Of a stretch of 64,000 nucleotides of DNA, positions 9,282 to 17,568 are shown piece after piece. The DNA comes from Desulfobacterales bacterium (GTDB taxonomy: Bacteria; Desulfobacterota; Desulfobacteria; Desulfobacterales; ETH-SRB1): contig JAUWQO010000003.1 of assembly GCA_030610995.1 (NCBI GenBank), positions 732-64,731 on the forward strand, in the 5' to 3' direction. Each line of letters starts with the position of its first letter. The stretch's first letter is position 1. The notes under the pieces were generated by a model. The model had not been told where the DNA came from. It worked only from the letters and a program-made list of their open reading frames with translations, and did no database searches. The translations under genes were made by a program, and so were the position numbers.

Positions 9282-10514
9282 TTGCCGAATGAAGAGGTCT
9301 TGAAGATGTACTCAGAACCAAAGAACGAGGATAAAAATAACAGGCGTGAGGAAAAACCGCATATTTTAGTGGTGGATGATGAGCCGAATATTCTGCGAGC
9401 AATGTCTTTAGTACTCCAATCAGAGTTTGATGTTACCGTAGCAACAACTGGTAATAAAGCAGTCAAAAAAATCCGGCAGGGCATGGATTTTGATGTAATT
9501 TCATTGGACCTGCAAATGCCCGGACTGTCAGGCATAGAATCGCTCAAAGCTATAAAACAATTGAGCCCTTCTACGGAAGTGTTAATCGTTACAGCCCATT
9601 CAGATGTTGAATCAGCAAAAGGAGCTCTCAAACTTGGGGCTTACGATTACATTGACAAACCATTCAGTAATGCTGAATTACTTGCATCAATTCGCAAAGG
9701 TGTAAAACGCCGAAGCAATACAATAGGAGTGGAAAAAACCAAAGAACAACTTGCATTTGTCAAAGCACAATTGATGCAATCGGAAAAATTCTCCGCTATT
9801 GGGCAACTGCTATCAGGGGTTGCCCATGAATTAAATAATCCCTTAGCAACGATTATGGGTTTCTCAGAGATTCTTCTTCTAAGAAAATGCTCACCTGATA
9901 AAACACGAAACTACCTGGAAAAAATAAACGAAAGCTCTTTGCTCTGCAAGAATATCGTCCAAAAGCTGCTTGCATTTTCCAGGAAAGAGGGATCAAAACA
10001 GGAATATATCCAGGTCAATCACGTTATCGAAAGCACCCTTGAGCTTAAACAGCATGATTTCAAAGTAGATGGTATTCAGGTGGTCAAGCAATTAGCAGAT
10101 AATATGCCCTGTACAATGGCTAACTTCTACAAGCTCCAGCAAGTGTTTCTGAATATAATCAACAATGCGCACCAGGCGATGAAAATGGATGCCAAAACGG
10201 GAACACTGACTGTTAAGAGCGCATTTGATGAACAAGTATTACGTATCAATTTCCTTGATACAGGGCCGGGCATCCCTGAAAAAAATCTCCAGAAAATCTT
10301 TGAACCCCTTTTTACCACGAAGAAAAAAGGAGAAGGCACAGGACTTGGTTTAAGTATTTGTTGTGAAATCATCAAGGAACATAAGGGGAATATCTTTGTG
10401 GCCAATGACCAGGGAAAAGGTGCATGCTTCGCAATAGAAATCCCTATTGTTGACCAACTTTCGCAAACTCTACCAACTTCTCATAAAAAAAACGAGACCC
10501 TTGAAAAATGTTGA
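9282..10514 (+). CDS. Hybrid response-regulator receiver / histidine kinase
   Basis: N-terminal REC (ILVVDDEPNILRA...VISLDLQMPG), then HisKA (GVAHELNNPLATI) and HATPase (NAHQAM, DTGPGIP, GTGLGL). Confidence 0.85.
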   Translation: MPNEEVLKMYSEPKNEDKNNRREEKPHILVVDDEPNILRAMSLVLQSEFDVTVATTGNKAVKKIRQGMDFDVISLDLQMPGLSGIESLKAIKQLSPSTEVLIVTAHSDVESAKGALKLGAYDYIDKPFSNAELLASIRKGVKRRSNTIGVEKTKEQLAFVKAQLMQSEKFSAIGQLLSGVAHELNNPLATIMGFSEILLLRKCSPDKTRNYLEKINESSLLCKNIVQKLLAFSRKEGSKQEYIQVNHVIESTLELKQHDFKVDGIQVVKQLADNMPCTMANFYKLQQVFLNIINNAHQAMKMDAKTGTLTVKSAFDEQVLRINFLDTGPGIPEKNLQKIFEPLFTTKKKGEGTGLGLSICCEIIKEHKGNIFVANDQGKGACFAIEIPIVDQLSQTLPTSHKKNETLEKC

Positions 10515-10535
10515 ACCGCAATAGCGAACGCATTC

Positions 10536-10650
10536 TTCGCAGCTTGCTGCGGGGTTAGCGAGTGAATCTAAAAATGGCTAACTTCCTTACGGTCGAAGAT
10601 TCCCTGTAGCTTGCTACAGGGTTCTTCAAACTCCCTGCAGCAAGCTGCGT
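10536..10650. repeat. Three stem-loops with CTTG/CAAG tetraloops between convergent genes
   Basis: CGCAG-CTTG-CTGCG (10538-10551), CCCTGTAG-CTTG-CTACAGGG (10602-10621) and GCAG-CAAG-CTGC (10637-10648). Same hairpin design as at 7284-7386. Confidence 0.5.
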
Positions 10651-10652
10651 TC

Positions 10653-12266
10653 TCAAACCATCTTTTTCAGCCTTTCGAGGTTTTCCCTCGCCAGGATCAT
10701 ATCCGGATCCAATGTTAGGGCCTTTTCGTACATTACTATTGCCTTGTCAAAGTCGCCCTTTTCGCGATAATTCGCTCCAAGGCTTGCATAATCCACGGCA
10801 AAACAGGGATCTATTTTAACAGCCGTGTTAAGGTTTTCGATTGCCTTATCATACTTTTTAAGCTGGAAATAAGAAAATCCAAGAGCGTTGTATATTTCCT
10901 TTATATGGCCGGCTGCTTTCTCTGCTTTTTCCAATACAACGACAGCCTTCTCGTATTCCCCAAGACTGTTATGGCATGAGCCTGCATAAATCAATATCCT
11001 GACAAGATCCTCCTGCTGCGGCTTTAGATCCAGGGCGCGTGAAAACTCACTTAGCGCCGCCTGATAATCTCCCATTTCAAAATAACAACGCCCTTTATAG
11101 AAGTGGAAATAATACTGGCTCTGATATGTGAGTTCAGCCTTGTTAAATGCTTTAACAGCCTGATCAAAGCGTCCAATATTTGTGTAGCCAAGGCCGAGTC
11201 GGAAATTAATATGACCGGCTTCTTGAACCGAAGACAACTTTAATGATTGCTCATATTTTCCCACAGCCTGAATATCGTCTCCCGCGTCATGGTATAATGT
11301 CCCAAAATGACAAAGTAGCGCTCCGATCCCTTGTTTCCTGCCTTGCGATATGGGCAAATCTGCAAAAAATTCAGGAATTCGTCCCCTGCACTCAAGGCAG
11401 TCTTTTTTTGAACTGCCGTGCTCATAATAGAGTCTCATGAGCGCATCTACGCTGTTGCTTTTATAAATATCTGTTAAACTCTCGTTTTTGCGAAATGCGT
11501 CCATACAGGTATAAACCTTACCGTCTTGCGCCGAGATAATGAGCGAAGCCTGACATGGACCTGGTATAAACCGGCCTTCAGACGTTAACATGGCCAATGA
11601 ATTATCAAGAAGATCTCCGTTAAACATATTGCAGGCGATTTCAGCCGGATCTCTTGAGTCATCATCTCCATAATAAACCTTTTCCGTCCTGGCGAGAAGA
11701 TCTTTATCCTGTGCCAGAAAAAAAACGCTTTTGTCGAGGTAAAGACAGGGTAACATAAAAGCGCCTTTAAGCATATCCAGCAAGGTTATAAGTGAAGCAG
11801 GTTCAACCCTGTTGTCGGGAACAATAACCGGAAGCAGCATAAACCTTGGCACTTCCTGATATATATAGCCCTCTTGATCAAATTCTATGGTTTCCCGTTT
11901 CAAATACTGGTAATAATACTGAAAATAATAATCTATTCCTTTGACGGTTGTCTGGGGGACTGTATGAACAAAATGGAGATAAAGCCGGGCAAACAGGTTC
12001 TTTCTGAGAAATTTGATGACATCCTTCTGAATACGTTCTACCTGGGGCATGCTTTCAGGCAGATTCCCGGCCACAAGATAAAGATTAGATGTCATGTTCA
12101 CATATGAAAACAGGCCCGACAACGTCCTGGAAAGCTGCTCAAGATCTCCCTTGTCCTCTTTGCCTAATATCACGTATATTTTATGTATAGCAGTCTTAAT
12201 CATTTCACGACACGATCCGTTTTCCCCCGTCAAGAGAATGAGCTCGCCACATATTTTGAATCTCAT
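10653..12266 (-). CDS. TPR-repeat protein with unrecognised N-terminal domain
   Basis: The C-terminal about 200 aa contain several 34-aa TPR-like units (..YNALGFSYFQLKKYDKAIENLNTAVKIDP..). An internal ATG at 12203 would abut the upstream gene stop (12205) and is the likelier start. Confidence 0.7.
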   Translation of the reverse strand: MRFKICGELILLTGENGSCREMIKTAIHKIYVILGKEDKGDLEQLSRTLSGLFSYVNMTSNLYLVAGNLPESMPQVERIQKDVIKFLRKNLFARLYLHFVHTVPQTTVKGIDYYFQYYYQYLKRETIEFDQEGYIYQEVPRFMLLPVIVPDNRVEPASLITLLDMLKGAFMLPCLYLDKSVFFLAQDKDLLARTEKVYYGDDDSRDPAEIACNMFNGDLLDNSLAMLTSEGRFIPGPCQASLIISAQDGKVYTCMDAFRKNESLTDIYKSNSVDALMRLYYEHGSSKKDCLECRGRIPEFFADLPISQGRKQGIGALLCHFGTLYHDAGDDIQAVGKYEQSLKLSSVQEAGHINFRLGLGYTNIGRFDQAVKAFNKAELTYQSQYYFHFYKGRCYFEMGDYQAALSEFSRALDLKPQQEDLVRILIYAGSCHNSLGEYEKAVVVLEKAEKAAGHIKEIYNALGFSYFQLKKYDKAIENLNTAVKIDPCFAVDYASLGANYREKGDFDKAIVMYEKALTLDPDMILARENLERLKKMV

Positions 12267-13533
12267 GAAGCTCGCTGGTCCTTATGTATTCAGTTTCGTA
12301 CTGAGATCCGATGGATATATATGCGGGACGGTCGGTGTTTAACGGGCGTATATTGTAGTCTTTGTAATGCCCGGCCAGGTGTGTCCCGAAATAGATCTGC
12401 ATCTGCTGTGAATTTGTATTTCCCATAATTTTAACATTGTTTTTTTTCACAAACTCCAGTGTCTTCACCGCATCGTCAAAGGTTTCAAAAGGAAGTCCGA
12501 AGATGGTAAAAAGCTCCACCTCAATTTCCTGCTGTTGTGCCATTTTGATTGCCTGGACTACCTTTTCAAGGGCTAAATGTTTGCCTAATCTCGTCAGAAC
12601 CTGTTCCGAGGCCGACTCCAGTCCAAAGGCGATGGTTTTAACACCTGCCTGTTTCATCTTCTTCATTAATTCTTTGGTTACAAGATCCGCACGTGTCTGC
12701 ATCCACATTTCAAATTCAAGGTTCTCTGATAAAATCCTGTCAAGAAGTTCTATCACCCGCTTTGGCTTAAAGGATATATTTGGATCTGCAAACCAGAGTC
12801 TTTTTACACCTTTTTTGCTTATCCATTTAATTTCTTCAATAACCCTCTCAATAGAATGAAAAGTTATTTTGTGCTTGAATGCGCGTGGTGTGTAACAGTA
12901 GATGCAGTCGTGAGGACATCCGCGAGATGTCAGCATGATGGCTTCCCTCATGCTGGAATAGTCAAAAACGTCATTTAAATATGCAGAGGGATACTTATCC
13001 AGGTCGGTAAAGCCCTCGAGTTCTGGCGTGTCATAAACAGCGCCTTCATTATCTTTGTAAGAAACTCCTAAAAGGTCTGAAAACGGGGTTCCGTTATCAA
13101 CGGCCCTGGCAATCCGCAGCAAAGTTACCTCGCCCGAAGATCGACAGATATAATCAATATCGGCAAGTTCCGCAAAGGCCGAAGAAGGCATGAAGGTGGC
13201 CTGTGGGCCACCAATGATTATTTTAATATTATTATCAATCGATTTTATTAATCTGGCAAAACCTCTCACATAGAGCATGGTTCTCTGATAGGCCGTCAAT
13301 CCAACCAGGGCGGGCTTAAAGCTGTTGATAAGCTCGTGAAAACCGGAGCAGGATAAAGACATATCCTCTCCAACAGCCAATATCTTAACACCAAATCCAT
13401 TCGACTTAAGATAGGCCGCAATGTATCCTAACGAAATAGGAGTCGTTGCCGACGCAAAAGGATTAATTTCAATCAGCAGAATATTCATAGTCATAGAGGA
13501 AAATTTTATAGGAAACAGACAGGTTGATGTCAA
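12205..13533 (-). CDS. B12-binding-domain radical SAM protein
   Basis: N-terminal cobalamin-binding-like region (MNILLIEINPF...LGYIAAYLK) and a canonical CX3CX2C cluster motif (SRGCPHDCIYC). Confidence 0.8.
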   Translation of the reverse strand: MTSTCLFPIKFSSMTMNILLIEINPFASATTPISLGYIAAYLKSNGFGVKILAVGEDMSLSCSGFHELINSFKPALVGLTAYQRTMLYVRGFARLIKSIDNNIKIIIGGPQATFMPSSAFAELADIDYICRSSGEVTLLRIARAVDNGTPFSDLLGVSYKDNEGAVYDTPELEGFTDLDKYPSAYLNDVFDYSSMREAIMLTSRGCPHDCIYCYTPRAFKHKITFHSIERVIEEIKWISKKGVKRLWFADPNISFKPKRVIELLDRILSENLEFEMWMQTRADLVTKELMKKMKQAGVKTIAFGLESASEQVLTRLGKHLALEKVVQAIKMAQQQEIEVELFTIFGLPFETFDDAVKTLEFVKKNNVKIMGNTNSQQMQIYFGTHLAGHYKDYNIRPLNTDRPAYISIGSQYETEYIRTSELHEIQNMWRAHSLDGGKRIVS

Positions 13534-13881
13534 GGTAAAATCTAACGGTCTGCAATTCCGATATAAGGATTAAATCAGTCACAACTTAAACCTAAGTTGA
13601 GCGATTTTTTGCGAAGATATGTGTTGAGACCTTGATGCATAAGGATTTGCAAAAATCGCAGGCATACCCGTGGATATGTTGAGGATTTTTGTGAAGCCTT
13701 TATGCGCAAGAGATCGGCGCAGATCGAGTAAAAAATAGCTCAATTTAGGTTAAAAGATCATGGACACCTAATGTGGTGGTCTTTTTATGTCTTACACGCC
13801 CCCAGAACTATTTCATGCTATATATCTGTCGAGATTAAAATTATATTGACAAAAACAAGACTAAAAAGTACATGTGAAAAC

Positions 13882-15042
13882 ATGAAAATAGATCTTGGTT
13901 TTATCGGAAAAAATGTCCGTAAACTTAGACGGCAACGTAGTTGGACGATGGCTAAACTGGCTGCAAAAGTCGGAATGAGCGAAGCGCCATTAGGAAGAAT
14001 TGAGCGCGGTGTAAACGCCCCTTCCGCTTCTGTAATTTACAGGCTGTCAAAAGAATTGGGCGTATCGGTTGATACCCTTTTTGCCGAGGATAATCAAAAC
14101 TTCAGATATCCTCAGTATGAAAAAGCGCGCGACCCTTTTCCGGCAACAGCCGGCGGAGAAGATGAAGAACTGCCTTCCAGGATCAAAACAATGTCGCACG
14201 ATATAATAGAAGCGTTCTGTGCTCTTGAAGATATTTGCAATGCGCAAAAAAGGGCGAACATCCCACTTCTTGTTCCTTTCGATCCCACACCTGATGGCAT
14301 GGAAGCGCTTTCAGAAAAGGTGCGCTATTTTGCCGGAATTGAGCACGGCATAGTCTTTGACTATTTTGAGCTGTTTGAAACCCTTGGCTTTCGTGTAGTG
14401 GTCGTTCCAATGTCTAAAGACGTGCATAGTTTTTCGTATTATGACCCACCTAATCAGAACGCATTCTTTTTTCTTAACGCCAGGAAAAATCCTGAACGTC
14501 AGCTTTTTTGCCTGGTCTATGAATTGGGAAAGATCTTAATCCTGACTCACACGATACAGCAGGGCGTGGAATTGTTTCAAACCGATGCTGCATCTGATCC
14601 TTCAGGCGAAAAACCGTTTACAGCACATCGTGCTGCCAGGCGTTTTGCCGCTACCTTTCTGATGCCTGCAAAGGCTGTGAGCGATACAGTTAAACAATTA
14701 GGAATTCAAAAAAAGTACTGGTCTTACGAACTCTTGCTTAGAATCAAACATCGCTTTGGTGTTTCAGTAGAAGCTTTTTTATATCGTTTGAATGAACTTG
14801 ACTTAATCGATCCCTCTCTGGTTCAACCGCTTAAAGCTAAAATTCATAAATATTACGGCAAAACAGATTTTGGAGAACCCGACCTTTCCAGAAGGCTTTT
14901 AACCCCCAACGGCCGTCTGTTGGATCTGGTATTAACGGGAAAAGAATCGGAAGAAGGACATAAGGAAGTGCTTGAAATTGAGAAAGTATTGAAAAAATGG
15001 AAGGTTCACCCCTTCAGCCGTCAGGCGAAAGGGAATTTATAG
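13882..15042 (+). CDS. XRE-family HTH fused to a degenerate ImmA/IrrE (M78) peptidase-like domain
   Basis: Start taken at MKIDLGF (ATG 13882) rather than the track start 13771. HTH segment: SWTMAKLAAKVGMSEAPLGRIERG. M78-like core: RQLFCLVYELGKILILTH...AARRFAATFLMPAKAV, with the HExxH position reading YELGK. The stop overlaps a GTG at 15042 that can start cas1. Confidence 0.75.
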   Translation: MKIDLGFIGKNVRKLRRQRSWTMAKLAAKVGMSEAPLGRIERGVNAPSASVIYRLSKELGVSVDTLFAEDNQNFRYPQYEKARDPFPATAGGEDEELPSRIKTMSHDIIEAFCALEDICNAQKRANIPLLVPFDPTPDGMEALSEKVRYFAGIEHGIVFDYFELFETLGFRVVVVPMSKDVHSFSYYDPPNQNAFFFLNARKNPERQLFCLVYELGKILILTHTIQQGVELFQTDAASDPSGEKPFTAHRAARRFAATFLMPAKAVSDTVKQLGIQKKYWSYELLLRIKHRFGVSVEAFLYRLNELDLIDPSLVQPLKAKIHKYYGKTDFGEPDLSRRLLTPNGRLLDLVLTGKESEEGHKEVLEIEKVLKKWKVHPFSRQAKGNL

Positions 15043-15854
15043 TGCAACTGGTAATAAACAGCGCCGGCACATATATTACACAAAAGGATGGTCTTTTCAG
15101 GCTTAAAAATAAAGACAAACGTTTTGATGTTTCACCCCTGAAAATAGAATCAATCGTTATTTCCAACCAGGCCATGATTACTACCCAGGCAATAGCAACA
15201 GCCATGGAGAATAATATAGATATTGTTTTTCTGGATGGATATGGCGATCCGATTGGTCGAATATGGTTTGCCAAAATGGGAAGCACGGCGCTTATCCGCA
15301 GAAAACAACTGGAAATCGCAGAAGATAAAAAAGGGCTTGAACTGGTCACAGATATGATTAAACAGAAAATTAAAAACCAGGTTGGTTTTCTAAAAAAACT
15401 TGTTTATGCCAGGCCGGGCAGAGAAAATCTGTTTGAAAGCCCGATTAAAATTATAGACAGCGCTCTTTCAGGCCTATCCATGCATGACGGGACAATTGAA
15501 GATGCCAGAAACAGCATTATGGGGTTTGAGGGCACGGCAGGCAGAGCCTATTTCCAGTGCCTGTCCAAACTCATGCCTGAAAAATATATTTTCAAAGGAA
15601 GATCGCGGCAGCCTGCCAAAGATCCATTTAATGCTGTTTTAAATTATTGCTATGGAATACTTTACTCAAGGATTGAAAAAGCCTGCATACTTGCAGGGCT
15701 TGATCCCTATGTCGGCTTTCTTCACACCGATAACTACAATAAAAAATCGATGGTATTTGACCTTATCGAGCCATTTAGAATTTATGCCGAACAAACAACA
15801 GTATATCTTTTTACAGGCATAAAAAATAAAAGACGAGTATTTTCATATAGCTGA
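14997..15854 (+). CDS. cas1: CRISPR-associated endonuclease Cas1, N-terminal 285 codons (frame broken near 15823-15851)
   Basis: Cas1-like sequence (LVINSAGTYITQKDGLFRLK...NAVLNYCYGILYSRIEKA...GLDPYVGFLHTD). Alternative GTG start at 15042. The ORF ends prematurely and the rest of Cas1 continues in another frame. Confidence 0.85.
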   Translation: MEGSPLQPSGEREFIVQLVINSAGTYITQKDGLFRLKNKDKRFDVSPLKIESIVISNQAMITTQAIATAMENNIDIVFLDGYGDPIGRIWFAKMGSTALIRRKQLEIAEDKKGLELVTDMIKQKIKNQVGFLKKLVYARPGRENLFESPIKIIDSALSGLSMHDGTIEDARNSIMGFEGTAGRAYFQCLSKLMPEKYIFKGRSRQPAKDPFNAVLNYCYGILYSRIEKACILAGLDPYVGFLHTDNYNKKSMVFDLIEPFRIYAEQTTVYLFTGIKNKRRVFSYS

Positions 15855-16056
15855 TAATGCGGTTTCTTTAAATGACAAAGGAAAACCGGTTGTTGTTGAT
15901 GCGATAAACACTCATATGGAAGAAACTGTAAGATACAAAAAGAAGAATGTAAAAAGAAAGTATATCCCTCAGCACGAAGCCCACAAGCTTGCGAATATAC
16001 TGCTTTCAGGTGAAGACGAAAAAAGGCCGGAATGGCTGGAGATTAAGGAATTCTGA
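15823..16056 (+). pseudogene. cas1: Cas1 C-terminal segment in the +1 frame relative to the cas1 body
   Basis: The frame opening after TAA at 15820-15822 reads KIKDEYFHIADNAVSLNDKGKPVVVDAINTHMEETVRYKKKNVKRKYIPQHEAHKLANILLSGEDEKRPEWLEIKEF, with stop at 16054-16056. Deleting one A from the A6 run at 15821-15826 fuses the two frames. Confidence 0.7.
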
Positions 16057-16062
16057 CATCAA

Positions 16063-16246
16063 GGGGAGACAGGGAAGGGGTGAACCGGGGAACCGGAGAA
16101 CCGGAGAACCGGGGAAGCGGAGAACCGGGGAACCGGGGAACCGGAGAACCGGAGAACCGGGGAAGCGGAGAAGCGGGGAAGCGGGGAAGCGGAGAAACGG
16201 AGAAACGGAGAAACGGGGAGACGGGGAAAGGGAGAGGAGGAGAATG
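16063..16246. repeat. Tandem array of about 23 octamers GGRGAANC
   Basis: Read directly: GGGGAACC GGAGAACC GGAGAACC GGGGAAGC ... GGAGAAAC x3 ... GGAGAGGA GGAGAATG. The last two units supply the SD and the ATG of the next gene. A period of 8 nt is incompatible with coding. Confidence 0.9.
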
Positions 16247-16624
16247 GGGGAAAAGATAAAAAGCTACAAGGATTTGCGGGTTTTTCAGAATGCCATGGAT
16301 GCGGCGATGAAAATTTTTCATCTGACAAAGCAGTTTCCACCTGAAGAAAAATATTCCATGGTTGATCAAATGAGGCGATCATCTCGCTCAGTTTGTGCAA
16401 ATCTGGCCGAAGCGTGGCGAAAACGACGCTATAGGGCGGCGTTTATTGCAAAACTCAGTGATGCTGAAAGTGAAGCCTGCGAGACTCAAGTGTGGATCGA
16501 ATTTGCGCGAAGATGCAGGTACTTAAAAAATAATATCTGTAATGAACTCGACGCGGTTTATGATCAAATTATGGGGCAAATCGTGAAAATGATTGTTGAT
16601 GCAGACAAATGGCTCATAAAGTAA
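16244..16624 (+). CDS. Four-helix-bundle protein (23S rRNA intervening-sequence protein / Avd-like family)
   Basis: 126 aa from MGEKIKSYKDLRVFQNAMDAAMKIFHLTKQFPPEEKYSMVDQMRRSSRSVCANLAEAWRKR..., the characteristic N-terminal signature of this family. The track ORF 15989 adds an artefactual repeat-encoded extension. Confidence 0.8.
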   Translation: MGEKIKSYKDLRVFQNAMDAAMKIFHLTKQFPPEEKYSMVDQMRRSSRSVCANLAEAWRKRRYRAAFIAKLSDAESEACETQVWIEFARRCRYLKNNICNELDAVYDQIMGQIVKMIVDADKWLIK

Positions 16625-16651
16625 TTACCTTTTCTGAGGAAAGGTAATTAC

Positions 16652-16830
16652 GAAACGGCGAGTGGGTGAATCGGAGAACCGGAGAAGGGAGAATGGGAGA
16701 ATCGGAGAATCGGAGAATGGGAGAATCGGGGAAATAAATCACCGTTTCACCGGCACACCGTTTCACCGATTCTCAGTGTCACCGCTTCCCCGTTTCACCC
16801 TTTCTCCGTCTCTTCGTTTCGCAAACACCG
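16652..16830. repeat. Octamer array that switches strand polarity (GAATCGGA-type units, then CACCGTTT-type units)
   Basis: About 10 purine-rich octamers (16652-16735) are followed by about 12 pyrimidine-rich octamers (16738-16830). The pyrimidine-rich units approximate the reverse complement of the purine-rich units and of the upstream array. It is preceded by a perfect 12-bp hairpin, GTAATTACCTTT/AAAGGTAATTAC (16621-16651). Confidence 0.8.
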
Positions 16831-16840
16831 GAGGTGAAAT

Positions 16841-17137
16841 GTGTCTGTCCTTGTCTGGATAATATACGATATTGTTGAAAACAAACCGAGAACAAAGGTC
16901 GCCAAAGAATGTAAAAAGTTCGGTCTTATCAGGGTTCAAAAAAGCGTGTTCTTAGGAAGGCTTGAATCAAGCCGTTTTGATGAACTATCGGAAAAATGTC
17001 GTGACCTGATTGATGAAAAAATAGACAGTGTTTACCTGTTTCCTTTCTGTCAGGAGGATTTCAGGAATATAAAGGTTCTTGGTCAGGGCTTTGATAAAAA
17101 GCTTGTAAATGATGAGATTTTGGCGAAGTTTTTCTGA
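16841..17137 (+). CDS. cas2: CRISPR-associated endoribonuclease Cas2
   Basis: 98 aa with a GTG start preceded by GGAGGTG. Cas2 ferredoxin-fold signature: VLVWIIYDIVENKPRTKVAKECKKFGLIRVQKSVFLG. Confidence 0.85.
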   Translation: MSVLVWIIYDIVENKPRTKVAKECKKFGLIRVQKSVFLGRLESSRFDELSEKCRDLIDEKIDSVYLFPFCQEDFRNIKVLGQGFDKKLVNDEILAKFF

Positions 17138-17304
17138 TCCGCAGATTACGCAGATTACGCTGAAACAAATGGAGCAATTATCAGTTCTATTTTTAATATT
17201 ACTTGATATCGCAGAGATAGATATAAACATTAATACTTGTATTATTTTACAAGATGGACTATTTTATAAAGTAAGAATATATTAATTTGAAGGATAAATA
17301 TAAA

Positions 17305-17568
17305 ATGTATGCAAAAGTATCAAAGAAGGGTCAAATAACGATCCCTAAACCAATTAGGAAAAAATTAAAAATCGAAAAAGATGGCGCGGTTTTGTTTCTT
17401 GTTGAAGACAACGAGATCAAGCTAAAAGGCGTTCCCGGAGTGCAATCGAAACAATTGGCAGGGAGTCTGAAAAAATATGCAAAGGAATATGTTCCTTTAA
17501 AAAAAATAAGAAAAAAAATACAAGGTGAAATTGCTAATGAAACAGCCGCAGAAGGTTTATCTGATTGA
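17305..17568 (+). CDS. AbrB/SpoVT-type antitoxin (VapB-like)
   Basis: MYAKVSKKGQITIPKPIRKKLKI... swapped-hairpin signature. Overlaps the downstream PIN gene. Confidence 0.7.
   Translation: MYAKVSKKGQITIPKPIRKKLKIEKDGAVLFLVEDNEIKLKGVPGVQSKQLAGSLKKYAKEYVPLKKIRKKIQGEIANETAAEGLSD

Noticed and set aside
8098-9631. Antisense ORFs 8098-8541, 8322-8522, 8854-9150, 8942-9631 and 9178-9402
   Set aside because: They lie opposite well-supported regulator genes, have no motifs and show biased composition. These are shadow ORFs.
13771-13881. Track start of the HTH/M78 ORF at 13771, and a TTGACA-N17-TACATG promoter at 13846-13874
   Set aside because: The upstream 37 codons have no homology-like features and would overlap the likely promoter. 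The promoter itself has a poor -10 and sits only 8 nt from the ATG, so it is not listed as a feature.
15989-16243. N-terminal extension of the four-helix-bundle ORF with a collagen-like GEPGNRRT/GEPGKRRT repeat, plus the antisense ORFs 16043-16400
   Set aside because: They are generated by reading through the octamer tandem array. An 8-nt period gives a 24-nt, 8-aa pseudo-repeat in every frame. A proper SD and ATG exist at 16244.
16662-16862. 66-aa ORF across the downstream octamer arrays
   Set aside because: Same artefact: low-complexity translation of the repeat arms. It also overlaps the cas2 start.
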